Position numbers and translations under genes: made by a program
DNA from: Alphaproteobacteria bacterium
GTDB lineage: Bacteria; Pseudomonadota; Alphaproteobacteria; SP197
Direction of reading: 5' to 3'
DNA length: 64,000 nucleotides
Assembly: GCA_964291415.2 (NCBI GenBank)
Contig: OZ219917.1
Coordinates: 1,152,001 to 1,216,000 of the forward strand
Notes under the pieces: generated by a model
The model's input: only the letters and a program-made list of their open reading frames with translations
What the model was told of the DNA's origin: nothing
Databases searched by the model: none
Shown here: positions 1 to 9,696 of the stretch, one piece after another
How the letters are laid out: every line of letters begins with the position of its first letter
Position numbering within the stretch: position 1 is the stretch's first letter

Positions 1-2142
1 CCCGTAGTTGCGCACGTCCGCCTTCTCGGCGCGCGTCATGCCGAGTCCGACCAGGCGTTCGATGGTGAGAACCGGTCCGCGCAGCACGCCTTCGGCGCTG
101 AGACCCTCGCGGACTTCTCTGTTGATCTCCGCGCGCAAGGCGTGGGTCGGCGCCATGAGCAACGTGCGCGAGCGGGCTTCCGCATCCAGTTCCAGCCAGG
201 CGCGTGCCGCCTTCTCCGCGAGGTCGTCGTGATCGACCTCGACCAGGCCTGTACCGAGAAGACGGACCGCGGTGCCGGGTTCGCCCTCCAGGACCGCCAG
301 GACCGCCGCCTTGAGATCCGGGCTGCGCTGGCGGCGGATGTCGCTCATCAGCGCGGTCGTCATCCCGGCCTGCTGCAGTTGCCGGAACGGCTGGCCGGCA
401 TCGACCGGGCGGAGCTGGCCGGTGTCGCCCACCAGCACCAGGCGCGCGATGTCGAGATTCTGCGCAATGCGCATCAGGGAGCGCATCTGCTCCGTCGACA
501 CCATCGATGCCTCGTCCAGCACCACCACCGAGCCGGCAAAGAGCGCGCGCAGCTTGTCGATATCCGGACCGGGGTTCTCGACATCCGCAACCCGGCAACG
601 CGTGAGGAACCATTGCAGCGTGCGCGCATGGAGTCCCGCTTCGCGCTCCAGCACGCGCGACGCGGCAGCCGAGGGCGCAAGGCCGATGATCCGCCGCTCC
701 CCGGCGAGGTCGCGGACTTCGCGCAGCATGGTGGTCTTGCCGGTCCCGGCGCGGCCCTGCACGCCGACGATCAGGTCCTCCGACAGGAGAATGGACCGCA
801 CCGCGTCTCGCTGCCCCTCGGTCAGGCCCGATCCCGCCAGCCGCGTCGCGACATCGTCGTCGCGGGCCAGCGTCCCGGCCTGGTCGATACCGGCCTTCAT
901 CATGGCGATCACCGCACGCTCCGCCTTCAGCGTCCGGTCGGTGACGAAGGCGCGGTCGGCGCGCCGCAACGCGGCCTCGACCAGGTGGCCGTCGCGCACC
1001 AGCTGCCCGACCGCCTGCCTGATCTCGTCAAGCGTATGGCGCCCCGGCGAATGCGCCAGCGCCAGCGTTTCGAGGTCCTGCGCCGCAAACACCGATTGCC
1101 GCTCCTCGAGGCGTTCCGCCGCGCGGGCCACGATCTCCAGGGCCGACAGATCCTTCGCCCTCCGCACCGGTCGGCGAGGCCGGGCTGCCGCGAGGTCGGC
1201 TCCGAGGCCAAGCGCCTGAGCCCGCTCCGCCCAGACCGTCTCCAGCATCGCCCGCAGCGGCTCGTCCTTGCGCCGGCGCGTTGCCAGCGTCGCCATCTGC
1301 GCCGAGGCCTGGCTGTGGTCCCAGCCTCGCTCGCGCATGTAGTCCAGGATCTCAGCCCGGCGCGTCGAGAACGCGTTGCGCAGCTTCCGGTCGTAACCCG
1401 CGATCTCGAAGCTTGGCATCCGTCCCGACATGGCGGGCTCGACGTCATAGCCCCGTTCCAGCAGCCTGCGCGACAGTTCGTTGCGGTAGTAGGCGCCGAT
1501 CTGCCGGGCATGGCGGTGGAGGAGAGTGGCCTCGATGCTGCGCCAGCGCCCCTGCTTGTCGCGCGTCATGTTGGCGATCACGGCGTGGGTATGGAGCTGG
1601 GGATCGAGATTGCGGCTGGCGACGTGGCGGAAGGTCGCCGCGACCATGTGGGGTGCCTTGATCCGCGGACGCTTTCGCGTGGCGAAATCCCAGCCGCGGG
1701 TCTCCAGGAGGTTCGCCTCGATCCAGTCCAGCGTTGCGCGCACCGCCTCGTCATGGGCGTGCACCACGCCGCGGTCGCCGTGGGGGTGGCGCCTGGTCGG
1801 CAGGAGGGCCGCCAGCGACACCGATTTCGGCGCCGAAAAGGTGATGTCCAGACCCGGGCGGTGTTCATGGGCGCCGGCGCGCTTGCGGCCGAGGCGGATG
1901 CCTGTGCCGATCACGTGGCCGGCCAGCAGCGACTCGAACTTGCCGGCGGCGACGTGAAGGTCGGGCCGCAGCCCCAGGGCCATCGCGCCTTTGCCGTGCC
2001 AGAAACTGCCGTTGCGGTGTTCCGCGTTCTTCGCCCGCCCTTCGTCGCTCTCCCGGCCGGCGGCCGTGTAGTAGCCGCCGTCGCGGCGCAGGTAGTCGGC
2101 CGTGGCCGACGCCGATGTCAGGTTGCGGACCGACGCAACCAT
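1..2142 (-). CDS. MOBF (TrwC/TraI-type) relaxase-helicase, continues beyond the left edge
   Basis: Manual minus-strand translation from ATG 2142: MVASVRNLTSASATADYLRRDGGYY...HRPGLDITFSAPKSVS...FRHVASRNLDPQLHTHAVIANMTR...GRAGTGKTT. Paralogous to 49363-53652. Missing from the ORF track because it has no stop in the window. Confidence 0.93.
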   Translation of the reverse strand, partial: MVASVRNLTSASATADYLRRDGGYYTAAGRESDEGRAKNAEHRNGSFWHGKGAMALGLRPDLHVAAGKFESLLAGHVIGTGIRLGRKRAGAHEHRPGLDITFSAPKSVSLAALLPTRRHPHGDRGVVHAHDEAVRATLDWIEANLLETRGWDFATRKRPRIKAPHMVAATFRHVASRNLDPQLHTHAVIANMTRDKQGRWRSIEATLLHRHARQIGAYYRNELSRRLLERGYDVEPAMSGRMPSFEIAGYDRKLRNAFSTRRAEILDYMRERGWDHSQASAQMATLATRRRKDEPLRAMLETVWAERAQALGLGADLAAARPRRPVRRAKDLSALEIVARAAERLEERQSVFAAQDLETLALAHSPGRHTLDEIRQAVGQLVRDGHLVEAALRRADRAFVTDRTLKAERAVIAMMKAGIDQAGTLARDDDVATRLAGSGLTEGQRDAVRSILLSEDLIVGVQGRAGTGKTTMLREVRDLAGERRIIGLAPSAAASRVLEREAGLHARTLQWFLTRCRVADVENPGPDIDKLRALFAGSVVVLDEASMVSTEQMRSLMRIAQNLDIARLVLVGDTGQLRPVDAGQPFRQLQQAGMTTALMSDIRRQRSPDLKAAVLAVLEGEPGTAVRLLGTGLVEVDHDDLAEKAARAWLELDAEARSRTLLMAPTHALRAEINREVREGLSAEGVLRGPVLTIERLVGLGMTRAEKADVRNYG

Positions 2143-2532
2143 GGTTCGTCGTCGTGGCGCCGCACCCCTGACCACGCGATCACCGGAGGTGGAGCGAACC
2201 CCGTCAAGGGGCGGAAAGGCGTCTCAAGGGCGTCGCGCATGATCCTCAAGGATGGCGTGGGCGGAAGGGCGCTCATCATACCGTCTGCGGGCCCGCAGGG
2301 AAAAACGTCAGAACGCCTCGCTGAACGTCCACGGCGCATCGGAACGCCCGGAGCGGCGAGGGGGACACGCCGCCGGTCCGTCATGCCGTCGCGAATGGTG
2401 GCAACCGCGACGAAAGGGATGGCGTCCGTGTCCCCCGTGGGCAAGACTAGCGTGCATAGCCCACGGTTCCCAATCACGACCTGCTGTCCTCAGAACAGGG
2501 AAGGATCCGTTCGCGGCGGTGCTCGAACCGGC

Positions 2533-3899
2533 ATGGACACCGACCACACCATGTCGAGCGAGCCCGCAACCGAAGAGGCGGTGACGATGGCGCTTCACCT
2601 TGTCCACCACGATCTCTCCTTTGCAGTTGCGCTGACGCGACGAGCAGGAAGAGGCCCTTCGCAGGGTGGCCGCCGGAGATCGCAGCGAGCATCTCGAGGC
2701 GGCCTTCCTCGAGATCCTGCTTCGGGCGCACGCGGAACGCCTGTGGCTGGCGTGCGACTGCCGGGGCAAGCGAGGCAGGCCGCCGGTCAACGGACCATGC
2801 CGCCGCATGGGCCGCTACTTCTGGCGCCGGTTGCCCGCCCCGCACGTGGCGCATGCCGAAGGCTGCGTCTACTCTCGCGTCTCCGTCGCGCACCGGGGCG
2901 GGGACCCGGAATTCCGGGCGCCGGTGGAGCCGCCCGGCGACAGGTTCTTCACGGTGCTTGCGATCGAGCCGGACGACCCGAGGATCGCGGAACCGGACGC
3001 CGCGGCGGACCGCCGCGGTGCGGGCTATGGAAACCGGTCCCCGAAGCTGCGCCAGAGACTGTTCGAACTGATGGTGCATGCCGGGCTCAACCGCTATCCC
3101 GATGCCGAAGCGGCGAATGCGAAGCAATGGTGGAGCCGGATCAGGCGGGCCGCGAAGGGATTCGAGATCGCGCCCGGCGTTGCGCTGGAGGATCTCCTTT
3201 CCCCTATCGGCGCATGTGGCGGATGGACCTTGTCGGCGACAGGATGCAGAGCCTCGCGGAGACCTGGGCGGAAGGCCACAGGCCCCAGGGGTTCCTCTGC
3301 GGAGCCGTATGGGATGTGGACGACCATGGCGTCACCGGCGCCAGGGGCACGCGCCTCGACGTCGTCTCCCGTGTCACGCGGCCGGTGATCGGCGGAAACC
3401 CGGTGAGCCCGCCCTACCTTTTCATAGGCGTCGTGGGTCTCGAGGACGGCGCGGCCGCCTGGGCCTGCCTTGCCGGCCATGCCCAGCCGATCGTCGCCAT
3501 GAACTGTCCGATTCCGGTGGAATCCAACGCGGAGCGGCAGGCATTCGGCACGCTGAGGAAGACCCTCGGAATCCTGAACGGGAATTCGACACGGTGACGT
3601 TCAGTCTGGAAAAGCCGCTGTTCGAGACCAACACGGAGCACGGCCCGTGCCTTCCCGACTTCGTCATCCGGGCCCGCCCCGAGGGCTGGGAAGGCAGGGA
3701 CAGCGTCGATTTCATGATCGAGGTCATGGGGTTCGAAGACGAGGACTACCGCCGGCGCAAGGAGGAAACCCACTGGGCCATGAGATCCCTGGGGACGCTG
3801 TGCGCCATGGAGGAGGCAGGTTCGGCACACCCGGCAGGCTGGCAGCGGAAGGAACGGACGTCACCGACAGGATCCGTGCGGTGCTTCGCAGGAGAATGA
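2533..3899 (+). pseudogene. Frameshifted DUF1173-like protein (CxC motif, C-terminal PD-(D/E)xK-like segment)
   Basis: Protein-like text is spread over several frames: WLACDCRG (2666 ORF), PPYLFIGVVG...PVESNAER (142 ORF tail), EKPLF...PDFVI...IEVMGFEDEDYRRRK (3078 ORF). About 4 frameshifts. Confidence 0.55.
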
Positions 3900-3930
3900 C
3901 CGGACAATCGTGACCGTGCTCATCCGGCCG

Positions 3931-3959
3931 GTCGACGCGTCACGATGTCGACGCGTCAC
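3931..3959. repeat. 13-bp direct repeat GTCGACGCGTCAC x2, with degenerate copies downstream
   Basis: GTCGACGCGTCAC-GAT-GTCGACGCGTCAC read directly. Confidence 0.7.
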
Positions 3960-4127
3960 ACCGATGTGCACGCGACTGTCGAGACCCGCCCGAAAGTCGA
4001 CACATTGGTCAGGGAAGCGAGCGTCCGTCCAGGAGCCTCGAAACCTCGTATGCCCTGCCGGTTGTCGCGAGTCCTGTGCCGGTGTCGACGACTTCGGCCG
4101 GTGATTCGGGGAGCTGCACAGGCCGTG

Positions 4128-4157
4128 TTGACGACAGGAGATTGCGGAGGTTACACT
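4128..4157 (+). promoter_or_regulatory. Candidate sigma70 promoter of the lipoprotein gene
   Basis: TTGACG-N18-TACACT, about 230 nt upstream of the ATG at 4386. Confidence 0.4.
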
Positions 4158-4385
4158 TCACATGCGGTTGAGGGATCCGAATGTTGGCCGCACGCACATC
4201 ACAAGAGGCGCTTCGCTGGTGAGCCAGACGAATGGACTTTCTGTCCCGAGGGGTGTGTCCTTTTTGCAACATGGCCTCAAGGATCGCCTCTTGACTGGTT
4301 GTCCCCTGACGGGGTTAGATGGTTTTGTTTGCCTACCCGATTCGATCGGGCCACGTATCATCCTTGCAAGGGAGAAATGTAAACG

Positions 4386-5963
4386 ATGAGCAGATTGAAC
4401 AAACTTTCCGCACTTGCGGCAGCCGTGGCCCTGTCGGGCGGGCTTGCTGCGTGCGGCGGTGGCGGCGGATCGACCGACGAGTCGATGATGCAGACACCGC
4501 AGGAGATGTGCGCTGATGCCGGCGGCCGCTACAATGCGGACGGCAGTTGCACGTCCGCCGAGGCGTTGGAGGTCGAACGGCTTCAGGGTCTGATCGCGGA
4601 TCTGCGCCAGCAACTCGGGATCGACGACACCGCCGATCCAAGCGCCACCATCGCGGATCTTCAGATGGAGCTTGAGGATCTTCAGGAACAGCTCCGGGAG
4701 ATAAACGAAGAGAAGGAAACGGCTGACGCGAAGGCCGCGGCCGCGGCCGCCAGAGCGTTGTTTGCCGGTATTGGCGACACCACCAACTTCGTCTTCACGC
4801 TCGAGCAAATCACTGTTGCCGACGAATACGGCGGCGGAATGGCCTCCTTCACAATTGAGAGCGGGGCTACTACTCCTTTGGCTCCGGGCGTTGCCGGCGA
4901 CGACACGATGAAGTCCGCCGAGCCCATGCTGGGTCCGGTTTGGCAGGGCACGATGCTCACCGACGCCATTGCTGCCGACGCTACCACAAATCCTGGCGCC
5001 AGCACTACCGTGGTCGTCTACACCGACATCGCGAAGCCGAAGCCGGTGCCGTTCGGTGACGTGCATGCGCTAGATGGCGATGTTCTGCGCCTTAATGCCG
5101 ATGCCGACGCAGACGCTCACGTAGGACTGATTTCTTCAAATGGATCGGAATTCAAGCACACCGGTCGAATGGATCACGATCCCGATCCTGAATCAGCCAC
5201 TGATGTTGTTCGGGTTAGGGGCATGTTCAACGGAGCTATGGGTGAGTACCGCTGCACGGCGGCTACTCCGACCACTTGCGCGTCGATAGAATCGTCAGCG
5301 GGTGTCAGGCTCGTGGGTGCGGACGGCTCGGCGACGAGTGCGTGGATCTTTGATCCGGATTCCGAAGCCAAGGCCATGATGGCCGACCCGCACTTCGCCT
5401 ACTTCGGCTGGTGGCTGAACAAGGGCACCGCCGACGAAGGCGTCGAGGCTGGCGTGTTCCACGGCGTGACAGACGCCACGGCCACTGAGGACCAAACATT
5501 GGCGGCGCCCACCGACATCAGCGCTCTGGGTGACACGGCGACCTACAGTGGTTCGGCAGCCGGCAAGTACGCCATCCAGCCGAGCCTCTCCGCCGCCTCC
5601 GGCGGCCATTGGACGGCCGAGGCGACCCTGACCGCCGATTGGGGAACCGAGACTGCGGCGGGAACGATCTCCGGTATGGTCAACAACTTCATGGCCGGTG
5701 GCGAGATGATGGAGTGGAGCGTTGCGCTCGGCGAAACTCCGCTTAGTGCGACCGGTGCATTCGACACCAGCGACGACACGAACGGTAACATGGTGGTTTG
5801 GACCATCGGTGGCGTTGACGGAGCGGAAGCCGGCAATTGGTCAGGCGGTCTCCGCGCGGCGGGTGACAACGGTGTGCCGACACTGGCCACGGGTTCGTTT
5901 ATGGGAACCCATGGCTCCGTCGGCCACATCCTCGGCGCGTTCGGCGCTCACCTCGACGAGTAG
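4386..5963 (+). CDS. TbpB-like surface lipoprotein (probable Slam/T11SS cargo)
   Basis: Lipobox LAA-C followed by a GGGGGS linker, coiled coil, YFGWW, ATYSGSAAGKYA and C-terminal GAFGA barrel signature; Slam-like gene downstream. Confidence 0.8.
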   Translation: MSRLNKLSALAAAVALSGGLAACGGGGGSTDESMMQTPQEMCADAGGRYNADGSCTSAEALEVERLQGLIADLRQQLGIDDTADPSATIADLQMELEDLQEQLREINEEKETADAKAAAAAARALFAGIGDTTNFVFTLEQITVADEYGGGMASFTIESGATTPLAPGVAGDDTMKSAEPMLGPVWQGTMLTDAIAADATTNPGASTTVVVYTDIAKPKPVPFGDVHALDGDVLRLNADADADAHVGLISSNGSEFKHTGRMDHDPDPESATDVVRVRGMFNGAMGEYRCTAATPTTCASIESSAGVRLVGADGSATSAWIFDPDSEAKAMMADPHFAYFGWWLNKGTADEGVEAGVFHGVTDATATEDQTLAAPTDISALGDTATYSGSAAGKYAIQPSLSAASGGHWTAEATLTADWGTETAAGTISGMVNNFMAGGEMMEWSVALGETPLSATGAFDTSDDTNGNMVVWTIGGVDGAEAGNWSGGLRAAGDNGVPTLATGSFMGTHGSVGHILGAFGAHLDE

Positions 5964-5984
5964 CCGCACTTCGAACTTGTTGTG

Positions 5985-6013
5985 GGGCGGCGACTTCGGT
6001 CGCCGCCCTTTTT
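5985..6013 (+). terminator. Rho-independent terminator (target site of the class IIC intron)
   Basis: GGGCGGCGAC-TTCG-GTCGCCGCCC-TTTTT, perfect 10-bp stem. Confidence 0.92.
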
Positions 6014-6422
6014 CTGTGTGCCGAGCATGACTGGCAGCTTGGAGGTGGAAGTCCTCCATCCAGCCCGATGGCGGCGAAGGATTAGCGAAGCGCAAGGACG
6101 TTGTCGTGAGGCAGGGTCTGAAGGAAGCGTGAAGCAAAGCCGTGAGCGGGTGGACAAGAACCGGATCCGAGGCCTTCCCGGCCGGACGAGCGGGCAGATG
6201 ATCGCGAAGTCCAGGGCCATCAAGGGCCGGAGTGGTGAATCCGGCGGATGTGCGGTGAAAGCGATTGGTTTTACCTCGGGAGGTCTGCGCCGCGTCCGGA
6301 AGCGCCGGACTGAGCGGCTCCGCAAGGGCCGTGATCGCGGTGCAGAAGTCAGCAGAGGGCATAGTAACCGGCGTGCCGGCGAAGGCCTGAACGGTGGACA
6401 GGGCTAGTAGGACGGCAGGCTC

Positions 6423-6987
6423 ATGCGGACCATGCGGCAGAGCATCCAGTTGGAACTGGCCTTGGAGCCGGAAGTAAAGGGTGAAGCCCGGAGCGCCGGA
6501 GACCGAGGAACCGAAGCCCGCATGGCGCGTGCCGAACCCGAACACCCGCGGTCGGGCGGGGACCGACGATGGAGGCGGCCCTGCAGCCCGGCATTGTGAA
6601 GAAGGCGCTGGCGCGTGTCCGGCGCAACAAGGGAGCGCCCGGCATCGACGGCATGACCGTCGAGGAGTTGGGCGCTTATCTGAAGGACCACCGGCCCGAG
6701 AGCAGGTCCCGGCTTCTTGACGGCACCTACGAACCGCGGCCGGTACGGCATGTCGAGATACCGAAGGCATCGGGAGGCCTTCGCCCTCTCGGTGTGCCGA
6801 CGGTGCTCGACCGCTTGATCCAGCAGGCGGCAATGCAAGTGCTCCAGAGAGACTGGGACGCAAGCTTCTCGGAGGCGAGCCATGGGTTCCGACCCGGACG
6901 CTTGGCCCATCAGGCGGTAGAGCGCGCGCGGGAGCACATCCTCGCGGGCTACGTTCATGTGGTTGATCTCGATCTGGAGAAGTTCTT
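6423..6987 (+). pseudogene. ltrA: Intron reverse transcriptase/maturase, 5' part
   Basis: VRRNKGAPGIDG, IPKASGGLRPLGVPTVLDRLIQQA, SHGFRPGR, VDLDLEKF then break. Confidence 0.9.
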
Positions 6988-7014
6988 GGAAGCATTGTCA
7001 TACTGCCCCCCAGC

Positions 7015-9225
7015 TTATGCGGAGTGACCGAAGAGGTCCGGCTTATCGTCTACAACCCTGATACGTAGAGCCTTTTTTCTTCCGGCGCGGACATGGATGG
7101 CGTCGAGTTCGCCACGCTTTACACGTTGCAACACGGTCTGACGGGTCACACCGAGACGCTGCATGGCCTCGATCATCGGGACGTAGCCGGGCGGCGCCTC
7201 TTCCATGAGCCTGGGACGGAACGCGTCCGTGATGCGGATGCGCCACGGGGCTCCCGGCGTGACTTGCTCACCGTCGATGAAGCCGTCATTGAGCCATCGA
7301 TGCACCGTCGAGGTTGCGATGCCGAGTATCTTCGCCGCCTGGGCGATGTTGACCAGCTCGCCATCGGTGGCCGCGGTCGCTGGATCGAAGCACGGAATGC
7401 TCCAGTGCCGGCGGAGATTGCCGACGCGATGGACATTGAAGGGATGCCCGTAGGCGGTTGTCTTGCCCTGGCGATTGAGTATGGCGGCGATCACCGCATC
7501 GGAATGGAACTGAGCGAGGCGGCGGACCAGATCGATGATGTCGTCGTCGGTGCGGACCGCCGCCCGTCGTTTGCGCGGGCGCTCGAGTTCGATCTCGGTC
7601 AACAACCCGGTCCGCCAGCGCAGTGTCAGGTGGATATGATACTCGCCGCGCGGGGCAAGAACGATGACCTCATCGAGCACCGTGCGCAGCAGCTCCTTCC
7701 TGTCGCGAGCCGTCGTCGTGGGCGCATCCCAGGCGCGCTGGAGATCCTCGCCGAGGGCCAGGAGCGAATCGCGCTCGGCGGCATCGAGTTGGCGCGGCCG
7801 GTCGCGATGACGCCGCTCCATCTCATTCTGCGCTTCTTCGAGTGCGTTCAGACACTGCTCCCATTCCCGTTCCAGCCCGCGGGCGACGAGACGATGTTCG
7901 GGCTCGACAGCGCGATACCGGCGCTCGGCCTTCTCGGCCTCGTAACGTGCTCGCTCGACGGTGAGCCCCCATTGCTTGAGCGCCTGATCGTAGTCCGCCT
8001 CGATGCGCTCGACCGCCTGCAAGGCGGCCTTGATGCCGGCCGGTCGGATCGCCTCCAGGACGGCCTTGGCGACCGCCTGGTCGATCTGCACGGCCCCCAC
8101 ATGCAAGCACAGGGAGCGCCGCGCCTCGACCAGCTCCTTGCCCCTGCAATGATATCCGGGCGAGGAGGTCCGGCCGGTGTAGTGGGTCGCCAGGCGGCGC
8201 CCGCACTCGCCACAGATGCCGAGACCCTGCAGCAAGGCCGTTCCCTCACGCACCGCTCCCTTGCCCGCGCCATGCGACAGCGGCCGGGTGTTGCGCGACA
8301 GGCGCTCGAGAATGGCTTCGTGGGTGGACCAGTCGATATAGGCGGGATGATGGTCGTGGATCAGTACCTGCCATTCGGAGCGGGGCAGCCTGCGGATGCG
8401 CGTGCGCACGATGCCGTTCTCGTCGACATGGCGCTCACGCCGCGACTTGCCGTAAGCGTAGGCGCCGGCATAGACCGGATTGGTCAGCACTTCATGGATG
8501 GTGTGATAGGCGGGCGGTTCCCAGCGAAGCTCGGCATGGCGGTGGAAGCGGTGGGGAAAGTGCAGCTTCTCCATCACGAACCAGCGCCACACCCGGCGTG
8601 CCGATCCGAACTCGGCGAATCGTTCGAACACGGCGCGGATCGCGGCCTGAACCTCCTCATTGGGGTCGAGAAGGATCTCGGCGCCGGCCTCGCCCCGGAT
8701 GTATCCGATGGGCTGTCCTCGGTAGAGCTCACCGCGCGCCGCCTTGTTGCGGATTCCGCCATCGAGCCGTGCTCGCAGGATATGAAGCTCCGCCTCGCTC
8801 ATGGTGCCCTTCAGTCCCAGGACGAGTCTGTCGTTGAACAGGCCGGGATGATAGATGCCGTCGGCGTCGCCGATCAGGGTGTCGGTCAATCCGCACAGGT
8901 CAAGCAGTCTGTACCAGTCGGCGTTGTTGCGGGCGAGTCTCGACACCTCGAGCCCGAGCAGGAGCCCGACCTGGCCGAGGGCCACTTCGGCGGTCATGCG
9001 CGCGAAGCCGCTGCGTCCTTCGGCAGTGGCGCCCGAGAGGCCGAGGTCCTCGTCGACGATCGTGATCCGGTCGGAGTGCCACCCCAGATCACGGGCGCGA
9101 TCGGCCAGGGCGTACTGGCGCCGGGTCGACTCGCGGTTGTTCTCGACCTGGGACGGCGAGGACTGGCGGACGTACACGAGGGCACGGCGTTGCCGATGTG
9201 CAGCACAGATCTTGCCATCAGTCAT
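7015..9225 (-). CDS. Large serine recombinase (resolvase + recombinase + Zn-ribbon, C-terminal HTHs)
   Basis: YVRQSS catalytic motif, EDLGLSG, EVSRLARN, LTNPVYAG, CGECG; 736 aa. Confidence 0.93.
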   Translation of the reverse strand: MTDGKICAAHRQRRALVYVRQSSPSQVENNRESTRRQYALADRARDLGWHSDRITIVDEDLGLSGATAEGRSGFARMTAEVALGQVGLLLGLEVSRLARNNADWYRLLDLCGLTDTLIGDADGIYHPGLFNDRLVLGLKGTMSEAELHILRARLDGGIRNKAARGELYRGQPIGYIRGEAGAEILLDPNEEVQAAIRAVFERFAEFGSARRVWRWFVMEKLHFPHRFHRHAELRWEPPAYHTIHEVLTNPVYAGAYAYGKSRRERHVDENGIVRTRIRRLPRSEWQVLIHDHHPAYIDWSTHEAILERLSRNTRPLSHGAGKGAVREGTALLQGLGICGECGRRLATHYTGRTSSPGYHCRGKELVEARRSLCLHVGAVQIDQAVAKAVLEAIRPAGIKAALQAVERIEADYDQALKQWGLTVERARYEAEKAERRYRAVEPEHRLVARGLEREWEQCLNALEEAQNEMERRHRDRPRQLDAAERDSLLALGEDLQRAWDAPTTTARDRKELLRTVLDEVIVLAPRGEYHIHLTLRWRTGLLTEIELERPRKRRAAVRTDDDIIDLVRRLAQFHSDAVIAAILNRQGKTTAYGHPFNVHRVGNLRRHWSIPCFDPATAATDGELVNIAQAAKILGIATSTVHRWLNDGFIDGEQVTPGAPWRIRITDAFRPRLMEEAPPGYVPMIEAMQRLGVTRQTVLQRVKRGELDAIHVRAGRKKALRIRVVDDKPDLFGHSA

Positions 9226-9379
9226 GGTCGATGCTCTCCGCCTGGGGCTTCTCCGGTGCCGCCTTGGCGATGACCTCGGCCAGCCGTTCGAGCACGACGC
9301 GGCGTGTCTCCTCGTCGAGGGCTGTCCACAGCTCCTCGTGCGGTTCCCGGGTTCCCGGAAAGATCAGGTTCAGTTGCAT
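9218..9379 (-). CDS. Small helical accessory protein of the recombinase element
   Basis: MQLNLIFPG...LWTALDEETRRVVLERLAEVIAKAA, overlapping the recombinase start. Confidence 0.5.
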   Translation of the reverse strand: MQLNLIFPGTREPHEELWTALDEETRRVVLERLAEVIAKAAPEKPQAESIDHD

Positions 9380-9695
9380 GACAGGGCTCCGCTTCAGAAC
9401 GAGCGAGCAGAGCATCGACGAGAGATCGCAAGTGCAACAGATCGTGCGGTCCGGCTGTGAGTTGATGACCGGTCCCCGGTTGTCCGGTGGCATCGCCGGG
9501 CACGGCATCCGTCCACTCGACGGGAACAAGACGGCGGCTGCCGTCAGGACCAAGAAGGAGAAGAAGCAGGACGCCGTCCTGCCGGCGAATCTGCTTCAGG
9601 ACTTCAAGCGACTGGCCCTGATAGGGATGCGCCTCGCGCGTAATCCTGACCGAGACCGGAAGCTCACGGAGGTGGGTAGTGTGTCGGGTGGTCCT
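9222..9695 (-). CDS. DUF5372/Y4bD-like ORF with no 5' start codon inside the integrated element
   Basis: Open frame from the junction: RTTRHTTHLRELPVSVRITREAHPYQGQSLEV...GPDGSRRLVPVEWTD. Its stop overlaps the recombinase ATG (ATGA). Confidence 0.6.
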   Translation of the reverse strand, partial: RTTRHTTHLRELPVSVRITREAHPYQGQSLEVLKQIRRQDGVLLLLLLGPDGSRRLVPVEWTDAVPGDATGQPGTGHQLTAGPHDLLHLRSLVDALLARSEAEPCHATEPDLSGNPGTARGAVDSPRRGDTPRRARTAGRGHRQGGTGEAPGGEHRP

Positions 9696-9696
9696 T

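Larger units (their letters stand above)
6985..9696 (-). mobile_element. Large serine recombinase element inserted in the RT DLEKFFD codons
   Basis: RT breaks at GAGAAGTTCTT (6987) and resumes at CGACCGGGTGAATCAC (9697; DRVNH). CTT is shared at both junctions (6985-6987, 9694-9696). Confidence 0.88.

Noticed and set aside
142-3597. 1151-aa plus-strand ORF, and similar long ORFs at 7093-9273, 52174-54291 and 49327-50631
   Set aside because: Antisense shadows of real GC-rich genes (relaxases, recombinase); no motifs.
4200-4211. CACAAGAGGCGC also present inverted at 29529-29540 near the left IME end
   Set aside because: Inverted rather than direct, and the relaxase lies outside it; 12-mers recur by chance in 64 kb.
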